Assembly: GCA_020718465.1 (NCBI GenBank)
Contig: DYRY01000001.1
Location: 7,614-43,820 of the forward strand
Direction: 5' to 3'
DNA: 36,207 nt
DNA from: Anaeromyxobacter dehalogenans
Lineage (GTDB): Bacteria; UBP6; JAFGXH01
Shown here in pieces: positions 9,162-18,173 of the stretch. Numbering within the stretch: position 1 is the first letter of the stretch; the number at the start of each line of letters is the position of its first letter. A program made the translations under genes and the position numbers. Under the pieces are notes generated by a model that worked only from the letters and a program-made list of their open reading frames with translations, was not told the DNA's origin and ran no database searches.

Positions 9162-9234
9162 CGCCCGTTGCTGGACTTGAACCAACGACCCGGTGATTAA
9201 CAGTCACCTGCTCTACCGACTGAGCTAAACGGGC
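9162..9234 (-). tRNA. tRNA-Asn(GTT); CCA not encoded
   Basis: Reverse complement GCCCGTT TAGCTCAGTCGGTAGAGC A GGTGA CT GTT AA TCACC GGGTC GTTGG TTCAAGT CCAGC AACGGGC G folds into a full cloverleaf with discriminator G. Confidence 0.97.
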
Positions 9235-9505
9235 ACGAATAGTTGTATATCTCTTTTTGTAAAAAAAGTCAAGAAAAAAAATCTTATTTTTTATTAAATT
9301 GAGAATTTTGATACAAAAAATAGAAATTTACTAAGAAATATATAAAATATTATTTGATATAACTGTTTTATATTGTTTTTATAATTTTTAAATATTATCT
9401 TGATTATTTTTTATAAAAATAAAATATTTGTATTGTTATGAGTTATCTTTATTGCAAAAATATAACATATATGTTAAAAAAAGGTGTATGTATGTGGAGA
9501 TATAG

Positions 9506-10366
9506 ATGTTTGAGAGACTTCCATTAGAGTCAACATTTTTAAAAGTTAATCTTAGTCAACAAAGTCATCTTCATTTTCTTGGAAATGATGCAGAGGCATC
9601 TCTTTTTATACGAGTAAACTCTCTTGATGAGTTTGAAAAAAGTAAATTGTCATATTGGTTTGAGCTTTTTCAAACAGAGAGTGCTCCAATTATACTTTTT
9701 CATACACAGATAAAAATACACCTATTCTCATTTGTATATAATGTTAAAGAGGCTGGTGATTGGGACGAGTTGAATGATATGATAGAACAAGAGGAGGTAA
9801 GAGTTCATTTTGTTGAATTTGAAGGAGATCATTTATATTTTGGATATACATTTATTTTGGAATTTTCACAAAACTTTACAGAGGAGCTTAAAAGAATAAT
9901 TATTCAGGCAAAAGAGTATATTAGAAAAATGATTAACCCTTTTGATTTTTCAAAAGCATTAGAGCTTTTTGAGAAGAAAGAGGCTATTTTCAAACTAAAA
10001 ACTCAAAAATTTGATAGATCATCTTTTTTTCTACCACAATATCAGGATGAGGATGAAGAGGATGTAGTTATACAAAAAGATGAACCTGTTAACAACATCA
10101 CACAAGATGATAGTGAAAATTTTATAATCAAAACTTATAAAAGAGATGAATATGAGTCATTAAAAGATAAAAACACTCCATTAATTGACAAAAAGGTAAA
10201 AATCCTTGAGGATAAAATAGCTGTTCTTGAATCTGTTATAAGAGAAAAAGGCAAAGAAAATAGTAAATTAAGGGACGAGAATAAATATCTTAAAGAGGAG
10301 TTAGAGTATCTAAAACTTGATAAGGGTAAAAAGGGTTGGTGGCCTTTTAAAAAAGAGGAGGGATGA
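9506..10366 (+). CDS. Hypothetical protein: alpha/beta N-domain, acidic linker, C-terminal coiled coil and KKGWWPFKK tail
   Basis: 286-aa ORF with GGAG RBS; heptad pattern near residues 225-270. Confidence 0.8.
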   Translation: MFERLPLESTFLKVNLSQQSHLHFLGNDAEASLFIRVNSLDEFEKSKLSYWFELFQTESAPIILFHTQIKIHLFSFVYNVKEAGDWDELNDMIEQEEVRVHFVEFEGDHLYFGYTFILEFSQNFTEELKRIIIQAKEYIRKMINPFDFSKALELFEKKEAIFKLKTQKFDRSSFFLPQYQDEDEEDVVIQKDEPVNNITQDDSENFIIKTYKRDEYESLKDKNTPLIDKKVKILEDKIAVLESVIREKGKENSKLRDENKYLKEELEYLKLDKGKKGWWPFKKEEG

Positions 10367-11139
10367 TGAAAAATATTGTATCTATACTATTTCTTTTAAT
10401 ATTTGCATTTTCAACATCAATTATAGCTGAAGAGTTAACAGCAAAAGAGATTATTGATAAATCACTTGAACATAAATCTCTCTCTTATGAAAATAGTGAA
10501 GCAAAAATAAAAATGATACTTATAGATAAAGAGAAAAATCAGGAGGATAGAGCTGTTTTGATTAAATCAAAAAAAATAGATAATCAACAAAGAACTCTTT
10601 CTATTTTCTCTGGTGATGTAGAGATTAATGGAGTAAAATTTCTATCCATTGAGAATAAAAATGATGGAGATGAACAGTATCTATTCTATCCTGCACAAAA
10701 TAAGATAAATAGAGTTGTTTCATCATCAAATAAAAAAGAGCGATTTTTAGGCACTGATTTTACCTACTCAGATCTTGAGCAGAAACATCAAAAAGATGCT
10801 AATTTTAAAAAATTAGATGATGCAAATATTGGTAAAAATAGTTGTTATGTTATTGAATCTACTCCAAATAAAACAGATGACTCTCAATACTTAAAAGCTA
10901 TACTTTTTATTAGAAAAAATGATTTTATTCCATTAAAAGTGAAGTTTTTTAATAAAGATGGGGATTTTTTTAAAGAGTATCTTGTTAAAAAAGTAAAAAC
11001 TCAAAATGGTAAAAAAATTATATCACTCTCAACAATGAGTGATTTAAAAAGAAAACATACAACAATATTAGAGCTTGAGTATTTAAATGAAAATATTCAA
11101 CTTAAAGACTCTGATTTTTATAAAGAGAGTTTAAAATAA
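10366..11139 (+). CDS. Outer-membrane lipoprotein-sorting (LolA-like, TP0789/DUF1329-type) periplasmic protein
   Basis: Signal peptide; G.KFL, DEQYLFYPA..K..RV, FLGTDFTYSDL and YVIESTP. Overlaps the upstream stop (ATGATG; start 10363 or 10366). Confidence 0.88.
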   Translation: MKNIVSILFLLIFAFSTSIIAEELTAKEIIDKSLEHKSLSYENSEAKIKMILIDKEKNQEDRAVLIKSKKIDNQQRTLSIFSGDVEINGVKFLSIENKNDGDEQYLFYPAQNKINRVVSSSNKKERFLGTDFTYSDLEQKHQKDANFKKLDDANIGKNSCYVIESTPNKTDDSQYLKAILFIRKNDFIPLKVKFFNKDGDFFKEYLVKKVKTQNGKKIISLSTMSDLKRKHTTILELEYLNENIQLKDSDFYKESLK

Positions 11140-11212
11140 ATAAAACTTTTTTTTTAAACAAAAAAGAGAATATTTTATGTTTTTTTTGATTACTCTATTT
11201 TATGGATATAAA

Positions 11213-11968
11213 ATGGTTACTATAAAAAATAATATTTCTCTATTTTTACTATTTTTAACACTTCTATTTAGTTACTCAAGTAAATCTCTTGCAGATGAGA
11301 TGGATTTTTCAGGAATAGTTCTTGAATCAAGTGAAATTGATGAGGAGAGTGAGAAAAGAGAGGAGGAGGAGATAGAGAACAAAATTAAAAAAAACGAGGA
11401 TGAGTTAAGTAAAAAAGGGGTATTTTTAGAGGATATTCAGAAAAAAAAGCCTAAACCAATTAAAAAAAATCTGCTATTTTTACCAGCAAATTTTTTAATG
11501 GAGTATCATAATTTTGCCCTTTTTGATAACATTCATGCATCTCATCTATTTTTTACCTCCTTTGAGGTATCAATGTTTGGTTTAAATATTTTAAACCTAC
11601 AAGGAGAGTTAGCCTCTGTTGGATATCAATTCAGTGCTGATTCAGACTATAATTCTCTTATAATAACCCCAATAAAAGGTCGATATGATTTTATATATGA
11701 AACAGTTCCACTGTTTGTAAAATTATCTCTACTTAAAACCTATATATTTGCTCAAGTGATTTCTGGATATGGTGGAAGTGCTGTTAGATATCTTTATGAA
11801 TATTTCTCTATTACAGCTGGATATAAAATGTATTCAGATCGATATCAGAGTTGGAATATCTATTTCTCTTTTGGAGTTGCACCAGATGATGTTGATAGTG
11901 GAGAGAGTTCACTATTTTTCTCTTTAGGATTAGAGATAGATTTATCAACTATAAAAATATCCTTTTAA
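11213..11968 (+). CDS. Hypothetical exported protein, probable small outer-membrane beta-barrel with a charged N-terminal arm
   Basis: Signal peptide (SLA-DE), E/K-rich segment, aromatic alternating strands and terminal Phe. Start is 11177 or 11213. Confidence 0.6.
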   Translation: MVTIKNNISLFLLFLTLLFSYSSKSLADEMDFSGIVLESSEIDEESEKREEEEIENKIKKNEDELSKKGVFLEDIQKKKPKPIKKNLLFLPANFLMEYHNFALFDNIHASHLFFTSFEVSMFGLNILNLQGELASVGYQFSADSDYNSLIITPIKGRYDFIYETVPLFVKLSLLKTYIFAQVISGYGGSAVRYLYEYFSITAGYKMYSDRYQSWNIYFSFGVAPDDVDSGESSLFFSLGLEIDLSTIKISF

Positions 11969-11970
11969 AA

Positions 11971-13755
11971 TCAGATAATATATTTTTGTTGTTCAAGAAG
12001 CTCTGTTGCAATTTTTTCTTTAAGAGCAACTGTATCAATTGTATAATCAAAAGTTAATCTCCAAAGTCCTTTTATATTTCTTTCAAGAGCTTTTTCATCT
12101 TTTGATAAATCTGATAACATCTTCATTGCTACACTTCTGATTCTTGTATATGCCTCAAAAACAAAAAGTTCAACATACTCTTTAGTTAATCTATTTTTTG
12201 TTCCAGATATTAAAATTTTACGCCCTCTAACAGATGCACTCTCCATTGCATAAAGATCTATTAACATATTTGCAAGTGGCTCATAAAAATACTCCCCTTC
12301 TGTAAAAGTGAAATTTTTATCTGCTAATTTAGCCATATATTTTTGAATAAAAGTTCCAGCAGTGTAAACAACCATTTTTTTAGATAAATCAGTTACTTTT
12401 AACTCTCTTGAAAGTGGTTGGTCATCAAAAGTTTTATCTACAGACTCTTTTTTAATCTCATCTAAAACTCGATTTAACTCCCCCAAAAAATCTATTTTTC
12501 CCTTCATTGCACCAGTTAAAATTTGAACAGGAATCAATAATCGATTAATTTCATTTGTTCCCTCATAAATTCTATTGATTCTACTATCTCTAAAAAGTCT
12601 TGCAACCTCATACTCCTCTGTAAATCCATATCCACCATGAATTTGAACTCCTTCATCAATAGCAGTTGCAGCAAATTCAGACCCCATTACTTTAACAATT
12701 GCAGTTTCAACATCAACCTCTTTTAAAAGTTTCCCAATTTTTTGTGAAAACTCTGGATGATTATCTTTTAAATCTCCAATTGTTTTATCTATCTCACTAC
12801 TAACACGATAGATTGATGATTCAGATGCAAAAGCTGTTGCCCCCATCATAGCAATTTTATGGCGAATCATCCCAAAAGAACCAATTGTTGAACCAAACTG
12901 TTTTCTTTCATTTGCATAAGTTGTACTAAGTTGGATAACTCGTTTAATTCCACCAACAGCTGCTGTTGCAAGTTTTAAGCGACCTAAATTTAAAATTCCA
13001 AGAGCAGAACGATGTCCCTCCCCTATTTTTCCAAGAAGATTTTCAATTGGAACTTCACAGTTTTCAAAAATAAGAGGACATGTTGATGAACCATGTATAC
13101 CCAATTTATCTTCCTCTTTACCAATAATTAAACCAGGAGTTCCTTTTTCAATTAAAAAAGCAGTAAAATGTTCTCCATCAATTTTTGCATAAATGGTGAA
13201 TAAGTTTGCAAAACCTGCATTTGATATAAACTGTTTTGAACCATTAAGAATATAGTGTGTTTTTGCTTCATTTAAAACAGCTTTTGTTTTTGAACCAAGA
13301 GCATCTGAACCATAACCAGTTTCAGTAAGACCATAAGCAGCAACCCACTCTCCTGTTGCAAGTTTAGGAATATACTTTTTTTTCTGCTCCTCTGTTCCAA
13401 AAAATAGAAGTGGAAGTGTTCCAATTCCCATATGTGCCATCATTGTTGTTGCAAAAGAGGCCTCTGCAGTCATCATCTCTAAAATTCTCATTGAAGATGT
13501 AACATCCATATCCAATCCATCAAATCTTTCTGGAATTTCAAGCATTAAAAACCCTTTTTCGCCCGCTTTTTTCATAAGTTCAAGATTTATTTTTGTTTTA
13601 AACTCATCTTTTTGTATATCTATAGATTTTGGTATAATCTCATTATCAAAAAACTTTTTTGCAGCTTTTGCAAAATTATTAACATCATTTGAAAACTCCT
13701 CTGGTGTTATAAATTGAGGTAGCTCCTTTTTTACTAATAAAAACTCTCCAGACAT
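11971..13755 (-). CDS. Acyl-CoA dehydrogenase, long (about 594 aa) FadE/YusJ/ACAD9-like type
   Basis: YGLTETGYGSDA, NGSKQFISNA, KLGIHGSST, LNLGR, ERKQFG, QIHGGYGF and RIYEGTNEINR. A GGAGGA RBS places the start at 13755. Confidence 0.93.
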   Translation of the reverse strand: MSGEFLLVKKELPQFITPEEFSNDVNNFAKAAKKFFDNEIIPKSIDIQKDEFKTKINLELMKKAGEKGFLMLEIPERFDGLDMDVTSSMRILEMMTAEASFATTMMAHMGIGTLPLLFFGTEEQKKKYIPKLATGEWVAAYGLTETGYGSDALGSKTKAVLNEAKTHYILNGSKQFISNAGFANLFTIYAKIDGEHFTAFLIEKGTPGLIIGKEEDKLGIHGSSTCPLIFENCEVPIENLLGKIGEGHRSALGILNLGRLKLATAAVGGIKRVIQLSTTYANERKQFGSTIGSFGMIRHKIAMMGATAFASESSIYRVSSEIDKTIGDLKDNHPEFSQKIGKLLKEVDVETAIVKVMGSEFAATAIDEGVQIHGGYGFTEEYEVARLFRDSRINRIYEGTNEINRLLIPVQILTGAMKGKIDFLGELNRVLDEIKKESVDKTFDDQPLSRELKVTDLSKKMVVYTAGTFIQKYMAKLADKNFTFTEGEYFYEPLANMLIDLYAMESASVRGRKILISGTKNRLTKEYVELFVFEAYTRIRSVAMKMLSDLSKDEKALERNIKGLWRLTFDYTIDTVALKEKIATELLEQQKYII

Positions 13756-13789
13756 TACTCCTCCAAAAATGAATGAACTCTCATTCATT

Positions 13790-13818
13790 ATCATAATTAT
13801 TATAACGCAGTTTGTCAA
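13790..13818 (-). promoter_or_regulatory. sigma70 promoter of the acyl-CoA dehydrogenase
   Basis: TTGACA-N17-TATGAT. It lies inside the track's extended N-terminus, which supports the shorter start. Confidence 0.75.
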
Positions 13819-13992
13819 TTTGTTTTTTCTCATAAATAACTCTTTTATTATAATTTTTTATAATAATAGAATATATTTTTCATATTTTTTACTTAATTTT
13901 CAAATAAAAATATTTTGATTTTTATTGTTTAGTTAAAACCCACGATTTATATAAGAATTAATTTATTTTTTTTTGGAGAGTGTTTTTTTTGA

Positions 13993-15342
13993 TTACTCAA
14001 CTTCAGAATCTTCAGAATCTTCAGAATCTACCTTTTTAGCAATAGGTTTTTCAATGTTTTCAACAGTTTTTTTAACAGGAACATATCCAAAATTATATTG
14101 GAAAGTTACAGATGCCATAAACCCACCTGTTGTATTTCCAGAGATAAAATTTGGACCATTTGTAAAAAACTGTTTATTCATATTGAATTGAAGAGCCATG
14201 TCTTCATTATGAAGAGAGAATCCAAAAGCAAAAGAGGAGTGATTATGACTCTCTTTTGCTATTCTTGTTGTATTTGCTGTAGTTATATCATTAGCTTTTT
14301 CATATGTTTTTGTTTCTGTTGAATCAAATTGAACATATTTGCTATAGCCACTAAAAAATGTAATCCACTCTTTAAAACGATACTCAAGTGAAATTCCTGC
14401 AAAAGGAAGAATAAATGTACCATTAGTTGTTTCAGTATAAGTTCCTTTAGTTGGATCTACCAAATCAGATTCTTTATTATAATCAGATGTATAGTGAATT
14501 CCAATATATGGTGTTACATCCATTTTTCCATTAGGACTAGTTATTTTTAATGATGTTCCTAAATTCATATTTATTGTAGAAAATTCATGCTCCATTGTTT
14601 GAACTTTTGCATCCTCTGCAGAATAGGTTATATCAAAATATCCCTCTGAAGAGTAGTCTAAAAACCCCCAAGCAGTTAAAAGAGTTTTTTCACCAAGTGG
14701 CATAAAATAACGTCCACCTAAAACAAGTTGAAGAATTCCATCTGATTCACTATTTAATTCTGTTTTAGGAGTTCCTGCTGAGCTATAAACTTCATCATTA
14801 TAAGAGCCAAAACGGAGTTTTAATAAAGCATCAAAACCAGTTTTTTCACCAAGTATCATACCTAATGAGAACCCAATATCAAATGCTTGAACCGATTTTG
14901 TTGCACTAGAGGAGGTATCTGCTAAATCATTGTTTAATTCTCCTTCAGCACTATCCCCCCAATAGTTAAGAAATAGACCTAAAGTCATATCTCCCATACC
15001 ATATGCACCAAAAATAGAGTATGTATGTTCAGCATCAAGATCAATACCCTCAACAGTTAGTACACTAGAGTAATCTGCAAAACCAACTGTAATTGCATCA
15101 GAGAAGCCAAATGTTCCAAAACCATTAAAATATTCACCACCAAAATATGAAGCATTTAAAAAATCTTTATATTGGTTTGAGAGATGTGGAAACATAATAA
15201 CATCACCAATATCATAAATAGACATTCTTCCATAATTTGGGAGAGCTGGTGATGATGATAAAGAACCAAGAGATTCAACCCTTGATGTTTGAGCAAAAAC
15301 AACAAAAGAGAATAAAAAAATAGAAAAAATTAACTTTTTCAT
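13993..15342 (-). CDS. Outer-membrane beta-barrel protein with a FadL/PorV/PopA-like N-terminal motif and an acidic C-terminal tail
   Basis: Signal peptide (VFA-Q); RVESLG...D..D.I.FP; many G/aromatic amphipathic strands ending at ASVTFQYNF; AGGAG RBS. Confidence 0.72.
   Translation of the reverse strand: MKKLIFSIFLFSFVVFAQTSRVESLGSLSSSPALPNYGRMSIYDIGDVIMFPHLSNQYKDFLNASYFGGEYFNGFGTFGFSDAITVGFADYSSVLTVEGIDLDAEHTYSIFGAYGMGDMTLGLFLNYWGDSAEGELNNDLADTSSSATKSVQAFDIGFSLGMILGEKTGFDALLKLRFGSYNDEVYSSAGTPKTELNSESDGILQLVLGGRYFMPLGEKTLLTAWGFLDYSSEGYFDITYSAEDAKVQTMEHEFSTINMNLGTSLKITSPNGKMDVTPYIGIHYTSDYNKESDLVDPTKGTYTETTNGTFILPFAGISLEYRFKEWITFFSGYSKYVQFDSTETKTYEKANDITTANTTRIAKESHNHSSFAFGFSLHNEDMALQFNMNKQFFTNGPNFISGNTTGGFMASVTFQYNFGYVPVKKTVENIEKPIAKKVDSEDSEDSEVE
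14002..14028 (-). repeat. 9-bp tandem repeat, 3 copies, encoding DSE-DSE-DSE
   Basis: TTCAGAATC three times on the + strand. Confidence 0.85.
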
Positions 15343-15627
15343 TACTACTCCTAAAGTAAAAAGTGATTAGTTTTATCATTTTTTAGAGTATAAAATCAAT
15401 AATAATTTGCTATTTTAAATCTCATAACAGATAATATAAAATGTAGATTTTGAGAAATAAAAATATTTTTCAAATAGATTTTAATAAATTGCAAACTATT
15501 CCTAAAATTGAAAACTAAAGAGCTTTTTTATGTTATAAAAAAATAAAAAAATCTTTAGAATTATAAAAAATATCTTTAACATTATTAGATAGTAGTAGCA
15601 AATATTTGATTATAAATAAGGAGTTTT

Positions 15628-17196
15628 ATGAAAGTTTTAATTGAGTATGATTCTGTAAAAGCCGATTTTATCCTTACTGAAAACAAAAATGGAAAAGATA
15701 TTAGAAAAAAATTTATGTTTTTTCAAGAGGTTTTAGTAGAGATTGACTCTTTTTTCGAAGTAAATCAGTTTGGAATAGAGCTTGTAAAAGCAACAAGACG
15801 TAATGATTTGCAAAAAATACGAGAACTCATCACAACAAATGTTTCAATTGAGTCAAAAGATTTTTATGGAAAAACAGCTCTAATTTGGGCTGCTGCTGGT
15901 GATAATTTAGAGATTATAAATTACCTTATTCAAAATGGAGCCAATGTAAATGCAAAAGATGATTTAGGTTTTAGTCCACTTATGTTTGCTGCAGAGAAAG
16001 GAAATTTAGAGGTTTTTAAATATCTTCATCAAAATGGTGGAGATATAAATGCAAAAACCATTGATTATCACTTTACACCTCTTATGTTTGCAGTTAGAGA
16101 GGGGCATAAAAATATTGTTGAGTATTTATTAAACAATAGAGTTCCTTTAAATGAGACAGAGAAAACAACAGCAGAGAGTTATAAAACTGCCTTAATAATT
16201 GCAGCAGAAAATGATTATTGGGATATTGTTAAATTATTGATTTCAGCTGGTGCAGATTTAAAGGCTTTTGATGCCCAAAATAGAACTGTTACAACTTTTG
16301 CTGGTTTATCAAGGAGAGATGATATTGTTGAATTTATAATAAACTACACTCAAAATGCCTATCTAAAAGAGTTTGATTTAAATCAAGATCCAGATATAGT
16401 TAAAGCTGTTAGAGAAAATAGTATTGATTCTGTAAAAAAAATATTAAAAAATAGCCCACAAGAGATAAATCGAGTTGGAACATTGGGTAAAACACCTATT
16501 ATATGGGCATCATCTATTGAGGATGGTAAAATTTTAGAGTATTTAATCAGTTGTGGTGCTAATATTGAGGATTCTGACTATTTAGGTTTTAATGGTTTAA
16601 TGTTTGCTTGTGAAAAAGGTTGTTTTGGAAATGTTGAGAGATTCCTTAATATTGGTGCCCAAATAAACTCAAAAACAAAAGATAAATCTATAACACCTCT
16701 TATGTTTGCTTCTAAAAATGGTTTTAATGATATTGTAGCTCTTCTTATTAATAGAGGTGCTGATATTCATTCAAAGGCAAAACTTCATCTTTTCGATTTA
16801 AAACCAACAATTACCCCATTACTTTTTGCAGCACAAGAGAGAAGATGGAGAACTGTTACACTTCTTATTAAATATGGAGCAAATAGTTTAGATAGAGATC
16901 AATTTTTAAGAACAGCAATATATTTTGCCTCTCAAGATAAGCAGTGGGACATTGTTGATTTGTTAATTTTAAATGGTGCAGATATAAATTTTTTTGATAT
17001 TTGGGATGGGAATGCAGTTTTATATGCAGCTAAGAATGGTGATTTAGAGGGATTAATTGCTTTATCTAAACGAAATGGTAATTTGAAATTTAAAGATATA
17101 AAAGGTTTAACCCCTTATGACTATGCTTTTCAAAATGGTTTTATAGATATTGCAGAGTGGATTAAAGAGGAATCAAATAAGCAATTTTGGTTTTAA
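15628..17196 (+). CDS. Ankyrin repeat protein (about 13-14 repeats)
   Basis: Repeated G.T(A/P)L..AA..G..EIV..LI..GA..N units; AAGGAG RBS; no signal peptide. Confidence 0.93.
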   Translation: MKVLIEYDSVKADFILTENKNGKDIRKKFMFFQEVLVEIDSFFEVNQFGIELVKATRRNDLQKIRELITTNVSIESKDFYGKTALIWAAAGDNLEIINYLIQNGANVNAKDDLGFSPLMFAAEKGNLEVFKYLHQNGGDINAKTIDYHFTPLMFAVREGHKNIVEYLLNNRVPLNETEKTTAESYKTALIIAAENDYWDIVKLLISAGADLKAFDAQNRTVTTFAGLSRRDDIVEFIINYTQNAYLKEFDLNQDPDIVKAVRENSIDSVKKILKNSPQEINRVGTLGKTPIIWASSIEDGKILEYLISCGANIEDSDYLGFNGLMFACEKGCFGNVERFLNIGAQINSKTKDKSITPLMFASKNGFNDIVALLINRGADIHSKAKLHLFDLKPTITPLLFAAQERRWRTVTLLIKYGANSLDRDQFLRTAIYFASQDKQWDIVDLLILNGADINFFDIWDGNAVLYAAKNGDLEGLIALSKRNGNLKFKDIKGLTPYDYAFQNGFIDIAEWIKEESNKQFWF

Positions 17197-18062
17197 AAAG
17201 AGAATGATGTAAAAACAAAAAAATTATCTGAAGTTATTGCAGGAGATATTTTAAAACTACTTTTAGAGTCTGGTTTTGACCCCTCTCCTTCAAGAAAAAA
17301 CAGAATACCACCACCAATAAGTGTTAAAACCCCAGCAGATAAAAATATTTGCTTCATTAAAACACTACTAGAATAATCATCCTCTGCCGTTTTAATATCT
17401 TTTTGAGCATATTTTCCACTATTAAGATCATCTTGAATGCTATTTGCATTAAAATAAAAATAACCACCAACACCAAATAAAACTGCACTTGTTCCAAGTG
17501 TTATCCAAGTATATATTTTGGATGGAGAATCCTCTTTTTTATTTTTATGATCATCAAGAGTTAAATCTTCAAATGGTTCAGTTCTAAACTCTTTAAATGA
17601 TTTAAAAAGCTCATTTGCTAATATTTTAACAAGAGGAACCAATTTGTTTTCATCCATTGTGATTGTTTTTGATATTCGATTTTCAACAGTTGCATTTTTA
17701 ACATCTGCAAGTTTTAGTGTTATAATAAATGAGGTTCCTATTTGTCCAACATTTCCTAATACAATTTTATCAACTCCCAATGCCCCACCAATTTCAGCCA
17801 TACAAGAGTCCTCATTACAACCTAAAATCTCTTTTTGAGCCTCATGTTGTATCATTGAGGTTATATCACTTTTAGATATAATAGAAACATTACTATATTT
17901 TTGAAATTCAGAAAGAATAACCTCATAAAGAAGATTTACAACTCTTGAATCAACACCAATTTCTGCTTTTAAATCCATTACAGAGACTTTAATTTTTTTA
18001 ACCTCTTCAGAAAAAAGAGATAAAGATAAAAAAAACAGATAAATAATAACAAAATATTTCAT
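17193..18062 (-). CDS. Exported protein: CsgG/FlgO/DUF2380-like alpha-beta domain, then a Gly-rich hydrophobic hairpin and a terminal beta-hairpin
   Basis: Signal peptide; VSVMDL, GCNEDSCMAEIGGALGVDKIVLGNVGQIG..F.ITLKL; two GxxG-type helices; ends FVFTSFSF. Confidence 0.7.
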   Translation of the reverse strand: MKYFVIIYLFFLSLSLFSEEVKKIKVSVMDLKAEIGVDSRVVNLLYEVILSEFQKYSNVSIISKSDITSMIQHEAQKEILGCNEDSCMAEIGGALGVDKIVLGNVGQIGTSFIITLKLADVKNATVENRISKTITMDENKLVPLVKILANELFKSFKEFRTEPFEDLTLDDHKNKKEDSPSKIYTWITLGTSAVLFGVGGYFYFNANSIQDDLNSGKYAQKDIKTAEDDYSSSVLMKQIFLSAGVLTLIGGGILFFLEGEGSKPDSKSSFKISPAITSDNFFVFTSFSF

Positions 18063-18173
18063 ATTATCTCCACTAAAAAACCTGTTGGATTACAGATACT
18101 GTAAGTGTAATAGAACCATACAGAAAAAGCAATAATAAAGTTATTGTGATAACTTTATTTGTTTTTTTTCTCA

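Noticed and set aside
9130-9240. tRNA-Asn as an integration site for a genomic island
   Set aside because: No integrase, no duplicated tRNA 3' end and no compositional shift in the window.
13756-13833. N-terminal extension of the acyl-CoA dehydrogenase given in the track
   Set aside because: The segment contains a consensus promoter and the GGAGGA RBS for the ATG at 13755.
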